A stretch of 64,000 nt of DNA from Flectonema sp. DT1601. Its lineage: Eukaryota. Of this stretch, positions 54,965-64,000 are shown piece by piece. The stretch covers positions 1,116,001 through 1,180,000 of the forward strand of contig OZ025793.1 in the NCBI GenBank assembly GCA_964019425.1, read 5' to 3'. The translations under genes and the position numbers were made by a program. The first letter of the stretch is position 1. Each line of letters starts with the position of its first letter. A model generated the notes under the pieces. It made no database searches. It had not been told where the DNA came from and worked only from the letters and a program-made list of their open reading frames with translations.

Positions 54965-56188
54965 ATGGTGTCGAGTTCGTTAGTTCGCCATGCACCTCGA
55001 CTACTAATACTCGCTGGATTGTTAACATTAGCAACTCTACTCAGCTTTGGTAGTGGAAAAGGAACTGATGCAAACGAACATACGCAACCAACAGAACTGC
55101 CTAATGCAGTAGAAGAAATCACTCAGAAAAGTGAGACTAAACAAGATTGTTTTACTTATGAATTCAAAGGTACGCAATGTATGTCAAAAGGGACAACACT
55201 ACCGGATCAGTGTGAATTTGAATTCAACAATGGGAAGATGAAAATGAATTTTTGTGATAGAAAAGATCGTTGTGCGCAGTGGGCAGGTGGTACATACCAC
55301 TCAACACCATCAAAGTGTACTACGAGAGTCGAAAATAAATGCAACAGCGCACAACTAACCACTGAACTTATTGAGAAAGGTTTATGGGATGCCGAACAGA
55401 AAGTATTTTCTGTTCCTGGATGTAGTCTTCAAAGCTACACTAGACATGATATTCTTAATCTGTTGAAAGGTAAGAGAATTTTAATAACTGGAGACTCGAT
55501 GATGAGACAAGTCTTTCTCAGATTAATTGACATATTACGTGGACAACCTTATAGTATAGAACACTACTATCACACGGATAGTTATTATGTATCATCTTAC
55601 ACAGATGATAAGATTGTTGTTGGTATTACCAGCGAGAAGGCTCCAAATGTTATCGCGGATAAAGTTTTTGAAATGTATTACTTTTGGGATCATCACCCAA
55701 GTAAATTTAAAAAGATATTTGAATGGGTGAAACCAGACATCCACATCGCCTCATTTATGTACTGGTGGAAAGGTAGAGAACCATTTACTGATATTGATAA
55801 GTACATGAAAACAATCGTACAGTATGCTAAGGTACGAGGTCCTGATTACAAGTATTTCTACTTAACGACTCCTTGGACTAAAAAAGGAACTTTTGGAGGA
55901 GTCGAAGATGAGAGGCGCATCCCCCGCAATGAATACATGATCGACTTGTTAACATCGTTATCATCTAAAGCAGATGTTAAGAATACCAAAATTCTTGACT
56001 TTGCTTCATATGCTGCAGTCAAACACTTCAATAAAACTGGGGACGGAATTCATTATATGTGTATTTGGAGACCAGAGTTTCCGAAACAAATTAAAATAAA
56101 AGATTCGAAATTCAAACCCGATGGATGTGAAGACCCAGTTGGTGCCAACTGGGCACGGCTTATGCTAAATGTCCTAGATACTAGTTGA
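54965..56188 (+). CDS. PC-esterase / TBL-like SGNH O-acyltransferase or esterase, signal-anchored
   Basis: N-terminal hydrophobic segment, Cys-rich stem, RILITGDSMMRQVF (GDS motif) and GDGIHY (DxxH motif). Confidence 0.82.
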   Translation: MVSSSLVRHAPRLLILAGLLTLATLLSFGSGKGTDANEHTQPTELPNAVEEITQKSETKQDCFTYEFKGTQCMSKGTTLPDQCEFEFNNGKMKMNFCDRKDRCAQWAGGTYHSTPSKCTTRVENKCNSAQLTTELIEKGLWDAEQKVFSVPGCSLQSYTRHDILNLLKGKRILITGDSMMRQVFLRLIDILRGQPYSIEHYYHTDSYYVSSYTDDKIVVGITSEKAPNVIADKVFEMYYFWDHHPSKFKKIFEWVKPDIHIASFMYWWKGREPFTDIDKYMKTIVQYAKVRGPDYKYFYLTTPWTKKGTFGGVEDERRIPRNEYMIDLLTSLSSKADVKNTKILDFASYAAVKHFNKTGDGIHYMCIWRPEFPKQIKIKDSKFKPDGCEDPVGANWARLMLNVLDTS

Positions 56189-56491
56189 GTAATGAGGGAT
56201 GTAAATCCTTAAAAGGCTCAAATTTCGGATCAACTTCCACATAATTAAGAAGAAATTGTTGTGTTTATTAATTTTGTCTTTTTTTTAACAACATTTGCGC
56301 TACATTATTATTATTATTCTATTTTCGTAAAAGGAGCCTGCTTAGTTATTCTGTATTGATCATTGCCTTACCTTGCTATGACAGAGTTCTACATTGTGGC
56401 AGCAGGAATGAGATTTTAATTTTTTCCCCCTTTTTCTATTTGTTTCAGTAACTTAATTACTCTCAACACAGATTCAACTATCAACACGCGA

Positions 56492-57418
56492 ATGACAGAT
56501 TCAGCACAAAAACTCTTCAACAAGTTTCAAGAAGCAGTTCGCGACGGAACTAAATCTGATATAGAACGGTGCATCAAAACGGAAGGTTTTCCAGTAAACT
56601 TTGCATCCCCCACTGGAAGGGGTCCCCTTCATCTGGCAGCAGAAAGAGGTGACGACGAAGCAGTTAAATACCTAATTGAACAAGGCGCTGATTGCACAAA
56701 GCTAGACAAAAAAGGTGCGAGTTGCATGCACTACGCTGCAAAGGTAGGTAGTTGCAGATGTATAGAAATATTAAAAAATCACATCTCTCCGTCGGGGCTT
56801 CCTGCAGAAGCACTCAACGACGCAGACACTGCCTTTCATTGGGCTGTTTGGGGAATAAAGTTTGATGCGGCTTCGATGCTTTATGAATTGCAACCTGATC
56901 TCGTAAATAAAACTGATTCTGAGGGTGACACAGCTCTACACTGGGCTTGTTTAAACAGCAGGTGTGGGATTGTGAAGAAATTAATACAAAATTTCAACGC
57001 TGATACTGAAGTTATATCAAGTCAAGTTGGTATCGGTGCCGCACCACTTCATATTGCAGCTACTCAAGGCGACTTAGATATTTGTAAGTTTCTAATTGAT
57101 AATTGTGATGTTCAGGTTAATGTAAAAGATTCAAACGGAGATACTCCCCTCCACCTTGCCGTCAGTTTTGAGCATCTCTCAGTAGTAACGTATTTGTTAC
57201 AGAGTAAGTTGGTTGATCCTCTCTTGTTAAATAATAATAATCAAACACCACTTGACGTCGCTATTGACCTTCGGATAGAAGGAGGTTTTCAACAGCTGCT
57301 GGAAGCAGCTGTCGAAGGCAGACTACCAGACGAGTTACGCTCCCAAGAAAAGAAGAATCGAGCATCTGCTAAGCTAGAAGAGGTTGTGGCTGCTGCAAAG
57401 AGAGCCGGAGCCTTCTAA
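56492..57418 (+). CDS. Ankyrin repeat protein
   Basis: Repeats GRGPLHLAA, GASCMHYAA, DTAFHWAV, GDTALHWAC, APLHIAA, GDTPLHLAV and QTPLDVA. Confidence 0.93.
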   Translation: MTDSAQKLFNKFQEAVRDGTKSDIERCIKTEGFPVNFASPTGRGPLHLAAERGDDEAVKYLIEQGADCTKLDKKGASCMHYAAKVGSCRCIEILKNHISPSGLPAEALNDADTAFHWAVWGIKFDAASMLYELQPDLVNKTDSEGDTALHWACLNSRCGIVKKLIQNFNADTEVISSQVGIGAAPLHIAATQGDLDICKFLIDNCDVQVNVKDSNGDTPLHLAVSFEHLSVVTYLLQSKLVDPLLLNNNNQTPLDVAIDLRIEGGFQQLLEAAVEGRLPDELRSQEKKNRASAKLEEVVAAAKRAGAF

Positions 57419-57588
57419 AATAATAATTTATTTACAGTTACACTCTTGTTCCCTTATTTTTTTATTATTTTTTTTTTTTTAAATTAATTTCTTTTTCTGT
57501 CTGAAAATTCGTAACTCCAGAGGAAGATAAAGTATTTCGAAATTTATTTATTCATTTATCAGGGAAATAAGAACTTTTTTGCAAATAG

Positions 57589-59178
57589 ATGTCACAACGA
57601 GTACAGTGTCTCGGATGTGGTAATTCAAACACAACCACAAAGGCTGGGGGTGCTTTGCGTTGGGCTGCAAGTTACTTACCAGAAAATTTACAGTCTGTCT
57701 GTCAATTTTGCTCAAAAGATGATGAGGGTTATTATAACTACAGCTGGGCTGTCTTACAACAAGATGCCAGACCCCCAATTAACTTTAAAAATAAGAGATA
57801 TGAACTAGGTATACACTGCAGTTGCAAACGACCTCTGGACGACAATCCAAAATCGAGAGAAGTTTGCAGAAAATGCGGTTCGATAATACATGATACATGT
57901 GTTGCTCCAGACAAAACAAATGTCGCTGGTTTCGGAAATGAAATTCAAATAGTCTGCATGGATTGTTATAAGACTGACTTAGCGATTACAATAACTTGTC
58001 CAGAGACTTCTAAATACGTCGCAATGGCCATAAGCAATTCCCCTACAATGCAAAATGTACCCGTCACTATTAAGAGTGGTCGCAGTATATCCGTCGACAT
58101 CACAGAGAAATCGATCCCTATTTCAGTTGATTTTAAGTCAGAAGACGGGTACAATAAAATCCTTGATAGGATTTCTCTCCGAACATCAACACAAAGACGT
58201 GGTGACACCTCACGTAAACATGTTACCACTTGTATCTTATGTACGATAAACGAACCTATTATCAGCGATCTGTGTAAAGCCTGCGCTGTTTGTTTTGATC
58301 GCACGTGTCCTTTCGTCATCCCTATTTCGATATCGTACGGTAGGGAGTCTCTCCTGTCTGCTAAGTTACTTAAAGCATACATAGAGATTGTAGCTAATTT
58401 TCAAAAATTACCACACGCTGTAACACTTTCTAACCAAGACGCATATCTCTGTGTGAATGAAAAATGTCGAGCAATTATGAGAGCAAAAGACCTGAAAGGA
58501 ATAGCAGACGTTCATTCCTGTACAGTTTGTGGATCAAAAGGGTCTTCCAATGAATATGTTAGAGGTACAACTACTGTTCTGGAAACAGTTGGTACGGCTG
58601 TTAAAATGACTGGATCGTCAGATGAGATTCTTAGCAATGCGAAAGACTTTCTGAACAACGTAACTTTCCCCCTGAAAACATATCATCTCCCTGATCTGAC
58701 GATAGCTGGAAGAAAGATAATTCTCCCCGAGAACATCACCGACCTCTCAATGATCACTCACATTATAGCTGAGATTGCTGAAGAACATCAAGCAAGATGT
58801 TATGCAGCAAAGAATGGTCACCTACCAAGCTGTAACACTAACTGTGGTGATAATTGTATTTCTACTTTTGTTGTTGCTGGTAAGCAGACAAATGTTTCAA
58901 ATTCGAATTCTGTTTCCTACACAGTGATGGGAAAGTCGTACGAGATCTCATCCTTGCCAGACAAGGGATTCTGTGAAGTGTCTGTTTCGGGAACTACAGC
59001 TACGGATGAGTTTGATTTCACTTCCGCTACTGTTGTTGGAGACAATGCTTTCTTGAGATTGGAAAATAGTATTCAAAAGAAGAACATAACATTACCGCAG
59101 TCTAAAACTGATTTGGATAAATTAAAAAAACTACTCGAGTCGATGCCGATAGTCTTCGGTAGTGAAAACATTTCGTAA
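57589..59178 (+). CDS. Cys-rich multi-zinc-finger protein with PHD-like finger
   Basis: 529 aa. HCSCKRP..VCRKCGSIIHDTCV..IVCMDC fits C4HC3; several additional CxxC pairs. Confidence 0.72.
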   Translation: MSQRVQCLGCGNSNTTTKAGGALRWAASYLPENLQSVCQFCSKDDEGYYNYSWAVLQQDARPPINFKNKRYELGIHCSCKRPLDDNPKSREVCRKCGSIIHDTCVAPDKTNVAGFGNEIQIVCMDCYKTDLAITITCPETSKYVAMAISNSPTMQNVPVTIKSGRSISVDITEKSIPISVDFKSEDGYNKILDRISLRTSTQRRGDTSRKHVTTCILCTINEPIISDLCKACAVCFDRTCPFVIPISISYGRESLLSAKLLKAYIEIVANFQKLPHAVTLSNQDAYLCVNEKCRAIMRAKDLKGIADVHSCTVCGSKGSSNEYVRGTTTVLETVGTAVKMTGSSDEILSNAKDFLNNVTFPLKTYHLPDLTIAGRKIILPENITDLSMITHIIAEIAEEHQARCYAAKNGHLPSCNTNCGDNCISTFVVAGKQTNVSNSNSVSYTVMGKSYEISSLPDKGFCEVSVSGTTATDEFDFTSATVVGDNAFLRLENSIQKKNITLPQSKTDLDKLKKLLESMPIVFGSENIS

Positions 59179-59586
59179 GAAAATTATTAGCACTTTGGCT
59201 GCGTGCAGTCTTCATCCACAAAAAAAAAAAAAAAATCCTTCTTCAAAGTCCTTCTGAAACTCTAACACAGGGGGAAAAAACAGACAAGTAAAACCTGAAC
59301 GAACTGTGTCTCGTACCAAATTTGGTTTCTTTTTTTTCTTCTTTTTATTTCCACGTCAAGTGATTCCCTCAATACGTTCTTATGCAGTTAATACTTTCTA
59401 AAGCAAACAATTAAAAATAACTCTACAACAGCTATTGTTGAAGTGGTGCTTTTTTTTTTTTGTTTTTTATGTTTTATCGTAGTTCTTATAGAGTTAACCC
59501 GATGCTCTTTAGTTTACTGTATCAGCGATGATCTGTACGCAATTGTGTTGTTAATCTATCTGAACAGAAACTGAAAATAATAAATA

Positions 59587-60301
59587 ATGGCAACTGGTAC
59601 GGTGGAGCCCTCAGAGTACATAGAAGATGGTATGTCATTATTTCTTTTTCAATGCCGTTGTTAGGGGAGGGAGAAAAGGGGAAGAAGGGGGAAAAAAAAA
59701 AAAAAAAAAAAAAATTACAGAAAATTATGTTCCCACAATTGAAGACAAGGAAGACTATGCGAAATACTTAGGAATTAATCTCCATACTGAAAGGTGTTTT
59801 ATGTGGATTGCTGAGGAGGGTATCAAGGCTCGTCTTCCAGATGGATGGAGGCCATGCTCAACAGCAGAAGGTCAGGTTTACTACTACAATACATTAACTG
59901 ATAAGAGTTCGTGGATTCACCCGCGTGATTTAGAATACAAACAAATCTTACAAAAAGAAAGGTTGAAGAAGGAAGAAGTAGGCGTACCTGCTCCTCGAGT
60001 CGAACCAACTTCGACTTCTTACCAACAAAGCACTTCGGTTAGCACACCAGCAGTATCCCCACAAAGAGTAACTGACAACCATGTTTGTACTAAAATATCT
60101 ATCAGAAAATATCACAACAGTGAAACGGTACTTTTAAACGCACGTGTGTCTTCTACTACTACTTTTGCATCTGTTGCTTCTCTTTTTCCAAAAACTCCTC
60201 CTCCTTTCTTAGATGCGGAAGGATTCTCATTCCCTCCTTCTGATTTAGTACAGAGTCACTTTACTACATCTACAGCACTTGTTTATCTAGATGGTTATTA
60301 A
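59587..60301 (+). CDS. CEP164-type N-terminal WW-domain protein (short, 207 aa)
   Basis: Exons 59587..59629 and 59721..60301 (91-nt GTATG..TTACAG intron). Spliced DENYVPT..YAKYLGI..MWIAEEGIKARLPDGWRPC..GQVYYYN..SSWIHPRD resembles the CEP164 N-terminal domain. Confidence 0.82.
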
Positions 60302-60846
60302 GTACGTCCTTAATGATGTACTGATATAACTAATTAATATTAGAGTGTTCGTTCTGTTCTTCAGTTTTCTGTTGAACAAGCAAACTCTGCAGTCGTCTCG
60401 CAGAAATTCGAAGATGACTATTTTCCTTAGTAGCTGTATTCTGATTTGGATGTGTTTGTAGTTGAATTTAGTTTTTGTCAACAGCTGGTTACAAGATAAT
60501 CTTGTATTGTGACTCCGTGTTCGTTTATGTATCCTACAGCTAGTGTCGTTGTAATGACTAATAGCTCTATAGCTCTAGCTTATTGTGTTGTGAATCAGTC
60601 TCTATCATTATCCTATTAGTTGCGGGGTAGCTGTTTGACGTGACCTCTAAATATATTTTCCCTCTGTAGTAGTAATTATATCTTTATATTTTTTTTAATA
60701 TCTAAAAACGTTATCCCAGGGAAATATTGCTAAAAGAAAGTGAAACTGGCTTGGTTTATTTGTAGTGATTTTACTTTATTTTTTTATGATAAACTGAAAA
60801 AATCATTTTTTTTTTTTTTTTTCATTCTTTAAAAAAGTTTCGTGGA

Positions 60847-63800
60847 ATGCTCAACAACAATATGGATGAGCAAGTACCAGTCACCCGACAGTACGTCTCT
60901 CGAGGGGAGGTAATAGATGAAGAGAATGAATTATTTTCCAGACTAGTTTTCTCTGAATTAAGCGAAAGACGACGAGTAAACAGAGAACAAGCATGCATTT
61001 TGATTCAGAGAAAATGGAGGGTTCACAAAAGAAGAATGGCAATAAAACAAATGGGAAGCCCTGAAGGAATCAAACAACAATACGCAGTTTTAAAAGTCCA
61101 GCGAATGTGGAGAGGCTACGCAACTCGTAAGGAATATAATGAAGTCCGTGCAAATATGGAACTACCGGAATTCAAAATTTATAAAAAAACCCAAAAGATG
61201 GCTCAGGAAAAACTCGCACGCGGAAGAGTCGCCGCCGACGAATACGAAGAACGTTATTTGGTTTACTTCATGCTTTCTATATCTCAAAGACGATCACCTA
61301 TTAATCATTTTATAAGGATGAATCCATCTGTTGTTTTTTCAAGAAAAATGAAAACTGCCTACACCTTATACACTGGGAAACTATTAGTTCTACCTCGTCA
61401 AAAGACTTGTGAATCAGAGCTGCTTCACAGAACAGATATTGAATGTGAATTTGAAAAACTATTACCAAAGTTTGCTATTAGTCAGCAATGCATAATTCGA
61501 AAGTCTATCGAAGATATATTCGAGCAGTCTTTATTTTCACTGCGGGAATCTTGCAATCGGGAGATACTTCAAAGTAGGATATGGAAAACCTTCGTATCGG
61601 GTTTCCAAGACCTTCGTCAATTCACTATATCGTTACAGCAGGAAGAATGGCTTTGCATCTGTCGAAAAGAAACAAAATTGTATAAAAAGATGTACGTTGA
61701 TCACATAGTTGCTGCCTTCGACATCGGAAAACACTCAACCTCTACTCAAGAATCGGAGGAGTTTTATCTATTGTTTGGGCTATTCGTGTTCTGCACTGGG
61801 TACGTTAAAATGTCGAAACTCGAAATTATATCCCGCAAACAGATAGCTCAAGAATCGAGGGGGTTACACAAGTCTATGTGTAGTGACTATTATAATATTC
61901 TTGTTCAGCTACGCGAACATCATTTGAGAAATAAAATTGAAATTATGATTGGAAAAGATAACCAACTTCAGCAACTTACTTCCGATTACCTCATACAAAA
62001 ACACATCACGTGTACTGCAGAATGTCAGCAACGAATATCAATATTTGATTCTCACAGTCAACAAAGACTTTTTGTAATTGAATCCGCCGATCGAATTCAC
62101 TTGTGTTCCATTCAAAATGATAGCTGTCGTCAGTTGTTTGATATTTATCGTGTTCAGAAATTAATGTTATCTGAATGGGAGTGTAGAAATAATATTAAAA
62201 TTGAAATGATTTGTCATACTGAATATATCTGTCGCTCATTACTCAACCACATTGAAAGACAACAAACATCTTTTATGATGACAATGGAAATCTACGAGAA
62301 AGCAATTACTGTAATGTTTATAGAAGAACAAGACTATAGAAATATGGTTGAGAAGGAATGTGACTACACCCTTGAGTATATTAATAATATTCCAACGTAC
62401 ATGAGCAATGTGGTGGCTTCACATACTCAATTAAAAAATGAAGAAGAGTGCGATCGTCTAACCATCATTCAAAGTGAAGAAATGTTTACAAAAGAAGCAG
62501 GAAAATCATTACACCATGCTGCAGCTGAGTATGACAGGCAACAGAGGACGGATATTGAAGATTTGGAAATTAGCATAAGAGACGGTATTGATCATAGTTG
62601 GAAATCAATAGCACAACAAGCATGGGCACAAACTGCCGTTGTCTGTAGTGGTAGTTTTATAAGATATTGCAGTCGTAGAAACTCTGTTATTGCTCCAGTG
62701 CTTGACTCACATGAACAAGCAAAAAGAACTGAGCTACAGGTCGTTGCTGATCTATCACTCCGAATGTTGCATCAACAAGGACATCAAGACATGCGAAATG
62801 CAAAGACTCAACAACACATAAGACGTCGAATTGAACTCATAAATCGAAAGAATTACATTGCTTACATCGGAAAGGTAGTTTTCGGTGGAGAAATTGAAAA
62901 ACGAAATCAACTCCTGGAATGTGAGATGCAGTCTTTCTCTGTAATCCAATCAGAGAAAGAAGAGTTCATGGAGACGGCAAAGATATTATTACTGCCAGCA
63001 ATACGTTCCCTTGATGGGGTTCTAGACCCTTTTATAATGCTCTTACTCGGTAATGAGAACGTTGCTTACTATGATCATGAAGAAGTGTTTAGTAGAAGTA
63101 ATGTTTCTTTACTCCATCAAATTGAAAATATGTTTCTTTCTGAACCCTTCAGTAGATCTCTACTGGAACTTGAAGAGAATCAATTGTACTTCCAGTACCG
63201 TCTTCACACACAGACGAGAATGTTATCGACAGAAAGTGACACTGTCGCTTCAAAACTATACCTCGATGAGGAATACAGTTACTCGTTGATAGTAATAAAT
63301 TTCGAACAGGAACTTGAACGTTTTCCTATTGAGGAACAGTCAAGTTTCGCTTTGTATTGGCTTACTATACGAGCGACAGCTGTAATGACTATGCAGAAGT
63401 TCTTGCGACTCTACAGAGCAAATCGAAAGATTCGGTCAGTTAGGAGACTTGTTGAACGAAAGGTATTACTTTCTGAAATAAGTGAACAACTTGACTTCAA
63501 ACTATCCAACCTACCGAATTCCGAATCTGGTGGTAGAACAGCCTTAGAGATTGAGGAATGTGTTTCCTATTCAACACTGAGTGACAAACAGAAGTCTCAT
63601 TTCATGGCTGCCTTCCCTCCTATCGTATCAGAGTTAGAGTCAGCTATAAACACGACAGTAATTAATACTGTTACTCATAACAAGTCTTCCTGCTTCCCAG
63701 AGCTGTATAAACTCTTCCAATACGCTCCGATAGTCAAAGAAGTGAACACTTCAGAGCAACGTTGTAGGGCTCGACTGCACAGACACCGAAAGTTAGACTT

Positions 63801-64000
63801 TCGTGGAATCCTATTTGATAAAACAGATGGTTATGCGAGACTTCCTCCATTAGCAAAGCTACCAGTTGTGAAAGACCGTGATAGAAGGATAAAGTTTAAA
63901 GGTAATAAACCAATGGCTATTATTCATCGGAAGAAAATTATAAAAAAGAAATCCTACGAAGATCATTCAACAACAATAGCAACAGCAGTGAAGTCAGAGA
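60847..64000 (+). CDS. Large IQ-motif (calmodulin-binding) protein, 3'-partial
   Basis: Absent from the ORF track, presumably because there is no stop in the window. The frame was open from ATG 60847 in every stretch I translated, including the window end. IQ motifs ACILIQRKWRVH, AVLKVQRMWRGY and AVMTMQKFLRLY. Confidence 0.8.
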   Translation, partial: MLNNNMDEQVPVTRQYVSRGEVIDEENELFSRLVFSELSERRRVNREQACILIQRKWRVHKRRMAIKQMGSPEGIKQQYAVLKVQRMWRGYATRKEYNEVRANMELPEFKIYKKTQKMAQEKLARGRVAADEYEERYLVYFMLSISQRRSPINHFIRMNPSVVFSRKMKTAYTLYTGKLLVLPRQKTCESELLHRTDIECEFEKLLPKFAISQQCIIRKSIEDIFEQSLFSLRESCNREILQSRIWKTFVSGFQDLRQFTISLQQEEWLCICRKETKLYKKMYVDHIVAAFDIGKHSTSTQESEEFYLLFGLFVFCTGYVKMSKLEIISRKQIAQESRGLHKSMCSDYYNILVQLREHHLRNKIEIMIGKDNQLQQLTSDYLIQKHITCTAECQQRISIFDSHSQQRLFVIESADRIHLCSIQNDSCRQLFDIYRVQKLMLSEWECRNNIKIEMICHTEYICRSLLNHIERQQTSFMMTMEIYEKAITVMFIEEQDYRNMVEKECDYTLEYINNIPTYMSNVVASHTQLKNEEECDRLTIIQSEEMFTKEAGKSLHHAAAEYDRQQRTDIEDLEISIRDGIDHSWKSIAQQAWAQTAVVCSGSFIRYCSRRNSVIAPVLDSHEQAKRTELQVVADLSLRMLHQQGHQDMRNAKTQQHIRRRIELINRKNYIAYIGKVVFGGEIEKRNQLLECEMQSFSVIQSEKEEFMETAKILLLPAIRSLDGVLDPFIMLLLGNENVAYYDHEEVFSRSNVSLLHQIENMFLSEPFSRSLLELEENQLYFQYRLHTQTRMLSTESDTVASKLYLDEEYSYSLIVINFEQELERFPIEEQSSFALYWLTIRATAVMTMQKFLRLYRANRKIRSVRRLVERKVLLSEISEQLDFKLSNLPNSESGGRTALEIEECVSYSTLSDKQKSHFMAAFPPIVSELESAINTTVINTVTHNKSSCFPELYKLFQYAPIVKEVNTSEQRCRARLHRHRKLDFRGILFDKTDGYARLPPLAKLPVVKDRDRRIKFKGNKPMAIIHRKKIIKKKSYEDHSTTIATAVKSE

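Noticed and set aside
59521..59574. Box C/D-like words (CGATGA..CTGA) upstream of the WW gene
   Set aside because: Imperfect C box, no convincing terminal stem or identifiable rRNA guide. I recognised no tRNA, rRNA or SL RNA gene anywhere in the window.

Overview
Eukaryotic nuclear DNA, most likely from a euglenozoan and probably a diplonemid (inference). All 22 protein genes I can support lie on the + strand, as expected for polycistronic transcription with SL trans-splicing. The window also has a Euglenozoa-type ATP synthase subunit (ATPTB4-like), a class 2 DHODH and 14 GT-AG cis-introns. Gene order: GUCD1-like; kinesin-3-like motor; 3527-aa Lys/Ser-rich C2-domain protein; four-domain voltage-gated cation channel; equilibrative nucleoside transporter; two tandem copies of a 106-aa spliced membrane protein missed by the ORF track (COX6A-like); DHODH; ATPTB4; three tandem GRP94 genes; sorting nexin; B-box pseudo-calpain; rhodanese-like; Pro/Gln-rich protein; coiled-coil protein; PC-esterase/TBL-like; ankyrin; PHD-like Cys-rich protein; CEP164-type WW protein; and an IQ-motif ORF running off the window end. 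Main points of interest: (1) the channel has a non-standard D-D-S-D selectivity ring; (2) the cis-introns have U-rich 5' halves and A-rich 3' ends with no polypyrimidine tract, unlike the putative trans-splice acceptors; (3) tandem paralogues have near-identical exons but replaced introns; (4) a TIR-bounded ~1.1-kb element sits inside one GRP94 intron; (5) there are short interspersed elements with hairpin/inverted-repeat or TSD-plus-microsatellite-tail architecture. Family assignments come from motif recognition only; no searches were run.
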